This document shows positions 1 to 10,941 of a stretch of DNA of 64,000 nt, in pieces. Location: assembly GCA_041695225.1 (NCBI GenBank), contig JBGFRI010000014.1:64001-128000 (forward strand), read 5' to 3'. Each line of letters starts with the position of its first letter. The first letter of the stretch is position 1. The translations under genes and the position numbers were made by a program. The notes under the pieces are model-generated. The model saw nothing but the letters and a program-made list of their open reading frames with translations. It was not told where the DNA came from and ran no database searches. This DNA comes from Deinococcota bacterium. GTDB taxonomy: Bacteria; Deinococcota; Deinococci; Deinococcales; Thermaceae.

Positions 1-383
1 TGAACCAGGTCAATATGACAGTTCACACAGTTCTGCTCGACTATGGCCCTGCCGCGCGGCTTAAGCTGGATGGGCTCGTGAAAGTTTTGCAGGGTGAAGG
101 CTACCGAGTGGTTCCAGCCATCTATGGCTTTACCCACCCACTTGCCCACGGGGTCGTGGGGCAGGTGACAGTCAACACACCTGGCTACATTCCGGTGGCT
201 CGAGCGCTCCCAGGAGGTGTGTACCTCACGCATCACGTGACAGTTCACACACACCTGCGGGTCGTCGGATAGATAGGACAGCGCCTGAGCGCGATCGGCA
301 GTAAAGGCCCCAGCGCCAGCCATCAGCCCCAGAAAGAGCGCCGCTACCAGCAGGATGCCTCCTCCCATCAGCCAGTCTCGCAT
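1..383 (-). CDS. nrfH: Cytochrome c nitrite reductase small subunit NrfH (NapC/NirT family), runs off the window start
   Basis: Not in the ORF track; manual translation from ATG 383 (GAGGTG RBS) gives MRDWLMGGGILLVAALFLGLMAG...SYLSDDPQVCVNCHVM...CVDCHLPH...CVNCH: N-terminal TM helix, three CxxCH motifs visible, NrfH-type SYLSDDP-x-CxNCHVM signature. Confidence 0.9.
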   Translation of the reverse strand, partial: MRDWLMGGGILLVAALFLGLMAGAGAFTADRAQALSYLSDDPQVCVNCHVMREVHTSWERSSHRNVARCVDCHLPHDPVGKWVGKAIDGWNHSVAFTLQNFHEPIQLKPRGRAIVEQNCVNCHIDLV

Positions 384-456
384 AGTAGCACCTCGCCCCA
401 TCGTCTCATACCCACCTCATTGCTTCTATTCAAACATCTTTCCGCGCCACTAGTCC

Positions 457-470
457 ATGCCTTAAGTCAA
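457..470. promoter_or_regulatory. Candidate FNR/DNR-type operator upstream of nrfH
   Basis: ATGCC-TTAA-GTCAA, 8/10 match to TTGAC-N4-GTCAA, ~80 bp upstream of the nrfH start and overlapping the regulator stop codon. Confidence 0.4.
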
Positions 471-1282
471 AGGTTGTGCCGTCCATTGCCGAGCCCTGAA
501 CCACTTGTTAGCGCACCATTGGTAAGCAGGCAGGACGCATTGGGGCAGCCGCGTTCGCAGGAGACAGCCCTGCCTATCTCAAGCGCCTGTTGAAATGTGA
601 GCGACTGAGCCAGACCGGCCAGAGCACGGATGTTCAGCACGCACAATTTCCGCTTACAGATTCTAATCCAGCCTTGCTGGGAAAAATGTCCCAGTTTGCG
701 GCTGACCGGCTCGGGGGTGGTGCCCACAATGGCGGCAATCTCGGGGTTGGTTGGCAGCTTAAAGCCCTGGCCGTAAGTCTGGGCCATCGAGAGCAGATAC
801 TCGGCCAGCCTCGAGTCCACCTCGTGGAAGACCATGCGATCGAGCACCTGAACAATCTGACCAACCCGCTCGGCAGCGTAGCGGAGCAGGTTGCCGGAAA
901 GCTTCAGGTTTCTCTGCGCCAGCTTATCGAGCTCTCTGGCCGGAATAGCCAGTACCAGGCTTGGCTCTGCCGCCTCGGCACAGGCAGGGTATCGGGGCTG
1001 ACTCATAAAGGCTGCTACCGCGGCCACGCACTGGCCGGGTCGGTCCAGGTGCAGCACAACCTGGCGCTCGCCCCTGGGGTCCAGGCGATAGACCTTTATC
1101 AGGCCCTCGACCACCAGATAAAGCTGGTCCGCCGGGTCGCCCTGTAAAAAGAGCGGCTGGTGCCTGGCAAGCTCGAGCCACTCACACTGTGCTGCCAGGG
1201 TGTTCAGGTCGCTACTGGGCACGCCCTCAAACATCGGACATGGACCAAGAATTTCAACAGGACTGGACAGGTAAGGCCGCAT
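467..1282 (-). CDS. Crp/Fnr-family transcriptional regulator with C-terminal Cys cluster
   Basis: cNMP-binding domain (LFLQGDPADQLYLVVEGLIKVY), HTH with E-x2-SR helix (GTTPEPVSRKL), tail CERGCPNASC; start probably ATG 1282. Confidence 0.9.
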   Translation of the reverse strand: MRPYLSSPVEILGPCPMFEGVPSSDLNTLAAQCEWLELARHQPLFLQGDPADQLYLVVEGLIKVYRLDPRGERQVVLHLDRPGQCVAAVAAFMSQPRYPACAEAAEPSLVLAIPARELDKLAQRNLKLSGNLLRYAAERVGQIVQVLDRMVFHEVDSRLAEYLLSMAQTYGQGFKLPTNPEIAAIVGTTPEPVSRKLGHFSQQGWIRICKRKLCVLNIRALAGLAQSLTFQQALEIGRAVSCERGCPNASCLLTNGALTSGSGLGNGRHNL

Positions 1283-1376
1283 TGCTCTTTCAGGGTACCG
1301 ATTAGGGGAAGCGGCATTTGTCCCAGTGGTCCCCGCGCCAGCCATAACCGACTTCCTGGCCGGAAACCATAAGCAA

Positions 1377-1454
1377 TGTCAAAGGTCGAAAGTCGAAAGA
1401 CCTTCGACCTTAGACCTTCGACCTTCATTAGACCTTTGACCTTCGGCTTTCGAC
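1377..1454. repeat. Heptamer tandem/inverted repeat cluster
   Basis: AGGTCGA/AAGTCGA units followed by GACCTTC/GACCTTA/GACCTTT units. Confidence 0.85.
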
Positions 1455-1536
1455 AGCGCGTAGCGCTGGGGAGGTGTGCGGAGATTTACCGGCCCGTCAC
1501 TTTACCTTCTGGGTCCAAACCGATACCCTAACCCCT

Positions 1537-2202
1537 GTGCAGCGGATTTTCTGGCTAGCCTGGCGCGATCTGGTTTTAGAGTTTCGGGGCCGCACGGGCA
1601 TTTTGTCGGCGGTTTTCTTTCTGGCGGTAATGCTATTTATCCTGGCCATGGCTTTTGGCCCCAATCAACAAGACCTGCAAAGAGCGGGCCCCGGGGTGCT
1701 GTGGGTGGCGCTGGCTTTTGCCGGTAGCCTGCTGGCCGGGCGGGCCTTTGGCCTCGAGATTGAAGATGGCACCCTAGACGACCTCCTGCTGACCCCAGGC
1801 AGCCGCGAATGGATCTATTTTGGCAAGCTACTGTTTCAGTTTGCCTTGCTGCTGGTGGTGGGTCTGGTTCTGCTGATTTTGACGGCGGGGCTTTTCTACC
1901 TACCCATGCAGCACTGGAACTGGTACTTGTTAACCTTGATGTTAGGATCACTGGGTTACGCTGCCATCTCTACCTTCTATGCCGGGATGCTGGCCCGCCT
2001 GCGAGGGCGCGAGATCCTGCTTCCCCTTTTGTTGTTTCCGCTGGTCATCCCGGTGGTGCTGGCTGCGGTCAGGGTCACCCAGGGGCTGGTCGAGGGCATC
2101 CCCATAGCCGAGCTTGCGGACTGGCTTCGCCTGCTGGTGGTCTTTAACGTCATCTACATTACGGTCTGTGCCATGGTCTTTCCCCAGATGCTCGAGGGCT
2201 GA
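1537..2202 (+). CDS. ccmB: Heme exporter membrane subunit CcmB
   Basis: GVLWVAL, EIEDGTLDDLLLTP, LLPLLLFPLVIPV motifs; GTG 1537 lies 7 nt after TACCCT. Confidence 0.92.
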   Translation: MQRIFWLAWRDLVLEFRGRTGILSAVFFLAVMLFILAMAFGPNQQDLQRAGPGVLWVALAFAGSLLAGRAFGLEIEDGTLDDLLLTPGSREWIYFGKLLFQFALLLVVGLVLLILTAGLFYLPMQHWNWYLLTLMLGSLGYAAISTFYAGMLARLRGREILLPLLLFPLVIPVVLAAVRVTQGLVEGIPIAELADWLRLLVVFNVIYITVCAMVFPQMLEG

Positions 2203-2410
2203 TATGACCTGCTGCGCTAACTACGCCGTGCTGAGCCCCGGGGTCAAACAGTAACTGAGGAGGTGCTTGATGTGCGATGTAGACAGGATGCTGGCCGGTT
2301 TTGAAGCGGGTGGTTGCTTGTGGTCTGGAGTTTGGATGTAAGGCGAAACACCCTGCCTCATCCATTTCAAAGCACAATAGAGAAAAGATAGAGGTAAGGA
2401 GAGAACCCGA

Positions 2411-3103
2411 ATGCAGCTTACCGGTACCAGTCAAACCCGTCGCTTAGACCATCTGACCCTGGGCATTCTGATCCTGGGCTCGGTGGTCTCGGTAGTGGCC
2501 CTGTTCATGGCCATGAACGCACCGCCAGACCAGGCCCAGGGTTTTGTGGCCCGCATATTTCACGTTCATGTTCCCACCGCCTGGATTGCCTATATCGCCA
2601 GCTTTACCGCGCTGGGCTATTCGATTGCTTACCTGATTCGGCGTAAGGCCCACCACGACCGTATGGCTGCCGCAGCGGTGGAAGTGGGGCTGATCTTTAT
2701 GAGCCTGGCCATACTGACCGGCATGCTCTGGGCCAGGCCGACCTGGGGCGTGTACTGGGACTGGGAGCCAAGGCTAACCACCACCGCCATCCTGCTGGCA
2801 GTCTATGTGGGCTATATGGTGGTGCGTGGGGCCATCGAAGACCCCGAGCTGCGGGCCAAAGCCGCCGCCGGCATAGCTATTCTGGGCTCAATTAATGTAC
2901 CCATCAGCTACATGTCGGTGCGCTGGTGGCGTAGCCTGCACCAGACCCAGTCCATTGATCTGTCTACTGGCCGGATTCATGTGGAGCCGGCCATCCTGAT
3001 TCCGATGCTGGTTGGGCTGGCGGCCTTTACCCTGCTGTACATCGGCCTGGTGCGCTTCCGAGGCATTATCGCGGCACGGCAGGCTGCCCGGGAAGAGGTG
3101 TGA
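2411..3103 (+). CDS. ccmC: Heme exporter / cytochrome c assembly protein CcmC
   Basis: HVHVP, WARPTWGVYWDWEPRLT (WWD domain), WWRSLHQ. Confidence 0.95.
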   Translation: MQLTGTSQTRRLDHLTLGILILGSVVSVVALFMAMNAPPDQAQGFVARIFHVHVPTAWIAYIASFTALGYSIAYLIRRKAHHDRMAAAAVEVGLIFMSLAILTGMLWARPTWGVYWDWEPRLTTTAILLAVYVGYMVVRGAIEDPELRAKAAAGIAILGSINVPISYMSVRWWRSLHQTQSIDLSTGRIHVEPAILIPMLVGLAAFTLLYIGLVRFRGIIAARQAAREEV

Positions 3104-3105
3104 GT

Positions 3106-3228
3106 ATGTTCGACGCTCCGCTGTGGAATCCGTTCAACCCCTTTGTGGTCTGGACTTACGTCCTGGTTTACGCTTCGGTCTTTGGGTATCTGGGCTATCT
3201 GATCTGGCGCTACCAGAAGAACAAGTAG
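3106..3228 (+). CDS. ccmD: Heme exporter protein CcmD (40 aa)
   Basis: Manual translation MFDAPLWNPFNPFVVWTYVLVYASVFGYLGYLIWRYQKNK; single TM with basic tail, between ccmC and ccmE. Confidence 0.8.
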   Translation: MFDAPLWNPFNPFVVWTYVLVYASVFGYLGYLIWRYQKNK

Positions 3229-3263
3229 GTCTGGGACGATAGATACTTTCCTCGAGGTGTGTC

Positions 3264-3695
3264 ATGAAACCTAAATTCATTATCGCTCTGGCAGTCGTGG
3301 GAGGGGCTCTGGCCTATCTGGTTTTTGGTGGGCTGGGACAAAACCTGGTCTATTTCATCACCCCCAGCGAGTACTTCCAGCAGGCTGCCCGCTTCGAAAA
3401 CCGCCAGGTTCGCCTGGGTGGTCTGGTCAAGGAGGGCACCATGAAATATAACCCCCACACCCTTGAACTGCGCTTCATGGTGACCGATGGAGTGAAGTTT
3501 ATCCCGGTCAAGTCCAGCGGGACGGCCCCTCCGGCCATGTTTGCTGAAAACCGCGGGGTAGTGATCGAGGGCCGGTTCCAGGGCGAGACCTTTGTCAGCC
3601 AGAACCTTCTGGTAAAGCACTCCGAGACCTACCAGGCCCCCAAAGAGGGCTGGACTCCAGAGCAGGTACGCAAGCTAATTGAGGAGGCCGAGTAA
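3264..3695 (+). CDS. ccmE: Heme chaperone CcmE
   Basis: N-terminal TM, YFITPSE, VRLGGLV, LVKHSETY (HxxxY). Confidence 0.95.
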   Translation: MKPKFIIALAVVGGALAYLVFGGLGQNLVYFITPSEYFQQAARFENRQVRLGGLVKEGTMKYNPHTLELRFMVTDGVKFIPVKSSGTAPPAMFAENRGVVIEGRFQGETFVSQNLLVKHSETYQAPKEGWTPEQVRKLIEEAE

Positions 3696-3739
3696 ATGTT
3701 TGACCACCAGAGTTACCTGGCTGTTTGCAGGAGATGCCT

Positions 3740-5731
3740 ATGACCCCAGGCATGTTGGGTGGCGTCACGATAGTAGCCGCGCTGATATTTTCGCTGCTGG
3801 GGCTGGCCCTGGCGGTGCTGGCGCATGTGCTGCGCGATGCTCGCTACCTGGAGGCAGCCAAACGCCTTTCCGGGTTGGCCCTGCTTTCGGCTCTGGTAAG
3901 TTATGGCGCATTGCAGTGGGCCATCCTGATCAACGACTTTAGCGTTTCCTTCGTGGCCCAGAGCAGCTCCGCTGATAACCCCCTCTGGGTCAAGCTGGTC
4001 ACCCCCTGGTCGGCTCTGGAAGGGTCCATCTTGCTCTGGGCCAGTATCCAGGCCTTCTATGGCTGGCTGGTAACCTTGCGAGTAGGCAAAAGCCTGGACA
4101 TCTGGCGGGCGCCAGCGGTGCTGGGAACGCTTTTCGCGGTTCAGGTCTTTTTCTTTGCGGTTATCCTGTTTGTATCCAATCCCTTTGAGGTTGTACTCAG
4201 CCCACCTCTGGATGGCCAGGGCACTAATCCCTTGCTGCAAAACCACTGGATGATGGCGGTGCACCCGGTTTTGATGTACCTGGGGTTTGTGGGGCTAAGT
4301 GTACCTTTTGCCTATGCCGTATCGGCCATGATTAATAAGCGCTACCAGAGCTGGATTCACGAGACCCGCTGGTGGACCCTGGTAACCTGGGGCTTTCTTA
4401 CCGCTGGTATCTGGACCGGCAAATGGTGGAGCTACGAGATTCTGGGCTGGGGTGGTTACTGGGCCTGGGATCCGGTGGAAAATGCCTCGCTCATACCCTG
4501 GCTTTTTGCCACCGCCTTTTTGCATACCGCGCAGGTGCAAGAGCGCAAGGGCCTGTTCAAGACCTGGAATTTTGCCCTGATTACCCTGGCCTTTGCCGGA
4601 ACAGTCTTTGGCACCTTCCTGACCCGCTCCGGCGTGATCATGTCGGTGCATGCCTTTGCCAGTGGGCCGGTGGGAGCCTGGTTTCTGATCTTTTTGTTGT
4701 CGGTACTGGTGCTGGGCCTGGGTCTCCTGGCGCGAGTCTCGTCGGAAATTCGCGAAGCTGGCGAGGTTCAGTGGAAAAGCCGCGAGGGAGTCTTGCTGGG
4801 AGGTGCGCTGTTATTCACCACCTTCTCCTTTGTGGTGGTGATCGGCACCCTCTGGCCCCTGGTAGTGGAGGCCATTAGCGGCGCCGAGGTCTCAATTGGC
4901 GCACCCTTTTTCGATCAGATCTCCATGCCTTTTGCTATCACCATGCTGCTGCTAATGGGTATTGGCCCCCTGCTGCCCTGGCGCAATTCTGGTCCACAGA
5001 TAGTCAGGAATCTGGTGATAATGCTGGTAGCGCTGGTTTCGGCAACGGTATTGGGCCTGCTGGCAGGCCTGACCCTGGGCGTCTCGTTTACTGTGGGGCT
5101 TTTTGCCTACAATGTCACTGCCATCTGGCTGATGATCTCCCAGGGGGTGCGGGAGCGCTCGAGGTCACTGGGGATATCTGCGGGGCAGGCTTTTGCCCAG
5201 CTCTTTGCTACCAATCGCCGCCGTTTTGGCTCGCATATTGTGCACTTCGGCATTGCTCTGGCAGCGCTCTCCATCGCCTTTAGCATGACCTACCGGGTGG
5301 TGGAGCAGCGCACCCTCAATGTGGGCGATACCTGGAACGTACACGGTATGGAGATCCGCCTATTGTCCATTGGGGGGCGGCAGGAGCCCAACCGCTTTGT
5401 GGCTCTGGCGCCAATTGAGGTGCGTTCCACCAGCCGCGATGGCTGGGGCTCGGACGGTCACTTCCAGACCCGGCTTAATTTCTACCCCCAGATGGATACA
5501 CCTCTGGCTACCCCGGTGGTGAGGTACTCCCTCTACAACGACTACTATTTCGTGCTGATGCAGTTCGATACCGAAAACCGCCAGTGGGCTACGTTAAAAA
5601 TTATCGTGACCCCGCTGGTGCTGTGGCTCTGGGTCGCTGGTTTTATCGTTGCCTTGGGGACTCTGTATATCTTGTGGCCAGTGGGTTCCAGGGTCTCCCG
5701 GCGAGAGGCCACCCCGGTAGCGGGTGATTAG
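3740..5731 (+). CDS. ccmF: Heme lyase CcmF
   Basis: NPLLQNHWMMAVHP, WGGYWAWDPVENASL, RSGVIMSVHAF; start 3734 or 3740 after AGGAG. Confidence 0.95.
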   Translation: MTPGMLGGVTIVAALIFSLLGLALAVLAHVLRDARYLEAAKRLSGLALLSALVSYGALQWAILINDFSVSFVAQSSSADNPLWVKLVTPWSALEGSILLWASIQAFYGWLVTLRVGKSLDIWRAPAVLGTLFAVQVFFFAVILFVSNPFEVVLSPPLDGQGTNPLLQNHWMMAVHPVLMYLGFVGLSVPFAYAVSAMINKRYQSWIHETRWWTLVTWGFLTAGIWTGKWWSYEILGWGGYWAWDPVENASLIPWLFATAFLHTAQVQERKGLFKTWNFALITLAFAGTVFGTFLTRSGVIMSVHAFASGPVGAWFLIFLLSVLVLGLGLLARVSSEIREAGEVQWKSREGVLLGGALLFTTFSFVVVIGTLWPLVVEAISGAEVSIGAPFFDQISMPFAITMLLLMGIGPLLPWRNSGPQIVRNLVIMLVALVSATVLGLLAGLTLGVSFTVGLFAYNVTAIWLMISQGVRERSRSLGISAGQAFAQLFATNRRRFGSHIVHFGIALAALSIAFSMTYRVVEQRTLNVGDTWNVHGMEIRLLSIGGRQEPNRFVALAPIEVRSTSRDGWGSDGHFQTRLNFYPQMDTPLATPVVRYSLYNDYYFVLMQFDTENRQWATLKIIVTPLVLWLWVAGFIVALGTLYILWPVGSRVSRREATPVAGD

Positions 5732-5756
5732 CGAAAGAGCCTTAAGGAGCTTGTAG

Positions 5757-6281
5757 ATGTTTAGATTCTGGCCACTCTGGGTTTTGTTGCTCGGCGGACT
5801 GCTCATCTGGGGCATGCAGCGCCCCGACCCCAAGCTGCTGGACTCGGTACTGGTGGGAAGGCAGGCCCCTACCTTTAGCCTGCCGGTGATGGAGCCTTTC
5901 CGGGCCGAGTTCGGCCCCGAGCTGGGTGTGCACGAGAACCTGGACAAGCCAGTGGTGCTGAATATATGGGCCAGCTGGTGTCTTCCCTGCCGGGTAGAAG
6001 CTCCTATCCTCGAGCGCTTTCATCGCCTGTACGGCGACCGGGTCCTGATCCTGGGGGTCAATGTGCAGGACACCAGCGCCAACGCCCTGGCTTTTGTGCG
6101 CGAGTTTAGACTCACTTTTCCTTCGGTCTACGACAAGCGCGGGCGCATAGGTATCGAGTACGGCTTCCATGGGGTGCCCGAGACTTTCATTATTGACCGC
6201 AATGGAACCATACTGGTTCGTCACGCGGGCGAGATCTCGGCAGAGCAGCTGCAAGGATACATCCGGAGGGTGTTGCAATGA
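5757..6281 (+). CDS. ccmG: Thiol-disulfide oxidoreductase CcmG/DsbE (TlpA family)
   Basis: VVLNIWASWCLPC, GVPETFIID, in ccm cluster. Confidence 0.9.
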   Translation: MFRFWPLWVLLLGGLLIWGMQRPDPKLLDSVLVGRQAPTFSLPVMEPFRAEFGPELGVHENLDKPVVLNIWASWCLPCRVEAPILERFHRLYGDRVLILGVNVQDTSANALAFVREFRLTFPSVYDKRGRIGIEYGFHGVPETFIIDRNGTILVRHAGEISAEQLQGYIRRVLQ

Positions 6282-6799
6282 CAAGATTCCAGTACCCAGG
6301 CCTGTACTGGGCCAGAAAAATACTCAGTGTGGGGCTATTGTTGGCGGCGTATCTGATGGCCGCGCAGGTCTTCGCCCAGCCCCGGCCCAACATTCCCCCA
6401 CCAGACCTTGGGCCCAGAGTCTTCGAGATTGCGCGCGACCTGCGCTGCCCGGCCTGCCAGGGTGAGTCCACCGCCGAATCCAACGCCGCCATTGCAGTGG
6501 AGATGCGCCGGATAATTGCCGAGCAGTTAGCCCAGGGCAGAACCGAGGCCGAGATTCACCAGTTCTTCGTGGAGCGTTACGGCCCCTGGATTCTGTACGA
6601 GCCCGCCTTTGGCGGACTGACCCTGTGGGCCTGGCTTTCGCCAATAATTGGCCTGGGCCTGATTGGCTTCGCCTTGTGGCGGTACCAGGCGGTGCTCAGG
6701 GCCCGCGCCCGCAGTGTCATATCGGAGGTCTCGGAAGAAGAGCTAGCCCGCCTCGAGTCTCGACTTAATCAGGCACCTTCCGAGGGTAGAAGCCTATGA
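6278..6799 (+). CDS. ccmH: Cytochrome c biogenesis protein CcmH
   Basis: LRCPACQGES, FFVERYG, C-terminal TM. Confidence 0.92.
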   Translation: MTRFQYPGLYWARKILSVGLLLAAYLMAAQVFAQPRPNIPPPDLGPRVFEIARDLRCPACQGESTAESNAAIAVEMRRIIAEQLAQGRTEAEIHQFFVERYGPWILYEPAFGGLTLWAWLSPIIGLGLIGFALWRYQAVLRARARSVISEVSEEELARLESRLNQAPSEGRSL

Positions 6800-7581
6800 T
6801 TGTAGCTTACGTCTTTCTAGCCCTACTCTTCCTGCTGGCCCTGGCCTTTGCGCTCAGGCCCTTTTTCCGCAGCCAGCCTCAGCGTTTTCCCGATAGCCCC
6901 CGGCCCGACGAACTGCGATCCGAGCTGGAAGTATTAACCACTCAGGCCAAAGACGCCGAGGGCGAGGAGCGCAAACGCTTGCTGGCCATGATGGTCCGCC
7001 TGGAGCGCCAGCTCTCCGAGATGGGCAACGAAAAACCGGTGCCCCGTCGGCTGAACCCGGTAACTATGGCTGCCACCGCCCTTAGCCTGGTACTGCTAGG
7101 GGGCGCCTTGTGGGCTTATACCGTACCGCGTCTGCCGGGTGAGCCGGTTATCACCATGCGGGACGAAGCCCTTCAGCTTGGCAGCCTCCAGCGCCAGGCC
7201 GAGCGCAGTGGGGCTGCCAGGGACTGGCTGGCTTTTGCCAATAAAGCCTACGAGTTGCAAGATTTTGACCGGGCGGTACAGGGCTATATGCGGGTGCTGG
7301 AGCTCGAGCCGCGAAACGTCGTTGCGGTGCGACGCATTGGAATTTTGCTGGTGATGAGCGGTAGGCCGGTAGAAGGTGCGCACGCGCTGGAGCTGGCCAC
7401 CAGGGCCCAGCCCGATGTGCCGGAAGGCTGGCTGCATCTGGGCAATGCCAATTTTCAGCTTGGCCGCCCGGCAGAGGCTATCGAGGCCTGGGAAACCTAC
7501 CTGCGGGTGGGGGGAGAGAACAGTGTGCATCTCGCCAACCTGATCCAGATTGCCAAGGACCGGCAGAACACCCGACCCTAA
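6796..7581 (+). CDS. CcmI/CycH-like TPR membrane protein
   Basis: Two TM segments then TPR repeats; overlaps ccmH stop. Confidence 0.75.
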   Translation: MIVAYVFLALLFLLALAFALRPFFRSQPQRFPDSPRPDELRSELEVLTTQAKDAEGEERKRLLAMMVRLERQLSEMGNEKPVPRRLNPVTMAATALSLVLLGGALWAYTVPRLPGEPVITMRDEALQLGSLQRQAERSGAARDWLAFANKAYELQDFDRAVQGYMRVLELEPRNVVAVRRIGILLVMSGRPVEGAHALELATRAQPDVPEGWLHLGNANFQLGRPAEAIEAWETYLRVGGENSVHLANLIQIAKDRQNTRP

Positions 7582-7633
7582 CCTGACCCAGAGAAAAATG
7601 CAGATAATGAGCAGGGTTTTCTGAGGTTTTTGG

Positions 7634-9537
<1,904 letters not shown>

Positions 9538-9581
9538 TCAGATACACCTGGGGGCTGGCAGCGGTGTTCTATACTACAGAG

Positions 9582-9965
9582 GTGCGAACCCTCTTGTTTT
9601 TGGCCCTGATTGTAGCAGGGGTGTACTTTTATGCCGAGCGGTTTGGTCTGGCGGTGGGGTTTGCCCCTTTCACGCCGGTGTATTTCTGGAACTACACCGG
9701 AGAGGCCCACTACCAGATCCGGGCTACCGGCATCAGGGCTTTTATCCAGGTGACGGTGGGGGGTGAGCTACAACACGGAAGCCTCGAGGTAGAGATTCGC
9801 CGCACCGGTCAGACCAGTCCTGGCCTGATCAGACGCTATCAGGGCCGATTTGCCGAGGAAATCCGCTACCCCGCCAGCCCCAACCAGCACGATGTGATCT
9901 TCCGCTTCAACGACGCCCGGGGCCAGATTCGCATGGACTGGTTTTCTGCGCGTGACGAATTCTAG
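9582..9965 (+). CDS. Hypothetical membrane-anchored protein
   Basis: N-terminal hydrophobic helix; GTG 9582 lies 6 nt after TATACT. Confidence 0.7.
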   Translation: MRTLLFLALIVAGVYFYAERFGLAVGFAPFTPVYFWNYTGEAHYQIRATGIRAFIQVTVGGELQHGSLEVEIRRTGQTSPGLIRRYQGRFAEEIRYPASPNQHDVIFRFNDARGQIRMDWFSARDEF

Positions 9966-10077
9966 CCTCTATGCACCCAAGCGGGGGATGTGCTAGACTT
10001 GTGGGCGGTCTGCCTCGAGGCTGCCTCTTGCGCTAGAGCGCTTTACAGGGCCTCATTTCGGCAAGTTCTGGAGAACT

Positions 10078-10371
10078 ATGGCACAGAAAAAAACTGCCCG
10101 CAACCCTTCGGCTATCAAGCGCCACCGCCAGTCGCTCAAGCGCCGGGCGCGTAACAAGTCCAAAATCTCTACCATCAAGACCATCAGCAAAAAAGCAGTA
10201 ACCCTGGCCAAAGACGGTAACACCAACGAAGCCGCTCAGGTCATGCGCTACGCCGAGAGCCTGATTGACAAAGCCGCCAAAGGCTCGGCTTTGCACAAGA
10301 ACGCCGCCAGCCGTCGCAAGTCTCGCCTGATGAGCAAGGTCAACCAGCTCCTTAGTGGGGCCAAAGCCTAG
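10078..10371 (+). CDS. rpsT: 30S ribosomal protein S20
   Basis: [17 protein letters not shown]...[13 protein letters not shown]. Confidence 0.97.
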   Translation: MAQKKTARNPSAIKRHRQSLKRRARNKSKISTIKTISKKAVTLAKDGNTNEAAQVMRYAESLIDKAAKGSALHKNAASRRKSRLMSKVNQLLSGAKA

Positions 10372-10421
10372 GAGCCCAGCAGAGGCGAGTCGCTTACGCG
10401 ATTCCGGCAAAGCCGTAACCT

Positions 10422-10508
10422 ATGGGAAAAGGTGATCGCCGTACCCGCCGGGGCAAAATTTTTCGCGGCTCGCATGGCAAATACCGGCCTAAGCCCAAGA
10501 AGAAGTAG
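10422..10508 (+). CDS. thx: 30S ribosomal protein Thx (bTHX), 28 aa
   Basis: Manual translation MGKGDRRTRRGKIFRGSHGKYRPKPKKK, directly downstream of rpsT. Confidence 0.93.
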   Translation: MGKGDRRTRRGKIFRGSHGKYRPKPKKK

Positions 10509-10551
10509 CGTACGGCCGGCTAACTACCATTGAGCCAGAGGAACTCGCTGA

Positions 10552-10606
10552 TGTCTCAGGTCGCAAGTCGCAAGCCAAAAAGACCTGTGACCTGAGACCT
10601 GCGACA
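10552..10606. repeat. Heptamer inverted repeat cluster (hairpin)
   Basis: TGTCTCAGGTCGCAAGTCGC...GACCTGTGACCTGAGACCTGCGACA. Confidence 0.85.
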
Positions 10607-10941
10607 CTTTTCCTTGGCTCTTTATGCTCGGCTCTTCTGGAAATGGTGTGAACCCTATCCTGCCGTCCTTCATTGCCGTAGCAAGGGCGGCCATGCGTTC
10701 CACCTCTCCCCCTCGGAAGGGCTGGGGTGAGGGCTCTAGACACTCGGGCTCAAGACTCCAAGCACATACCCACGTGAAGCGGGTTGGCCTGAGGCAATGG
10801 CGAAAGGCCCACACCCGCGCACGGCCGGGTCTGTGTGTAAAGAGCTAGCACCCTTTCGCCCGACCGCAGAGAGGTGAGCCTGCTCGACTCCTGGCAGATG
10901 TTCAGCCCACACGAAAGCCAAAAGAGCCTTAGGTTTTGGTC

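Noticed and set aside
15..272. 85-aa plus-strand ORF
   Set aside because: Antisense to nrfH
10703..10733. CCTCTCCC...GGGCTGGGGTGAGGG REP-like element
   Set aside because: Single degenerate copy in this window; cannot be supported as a family
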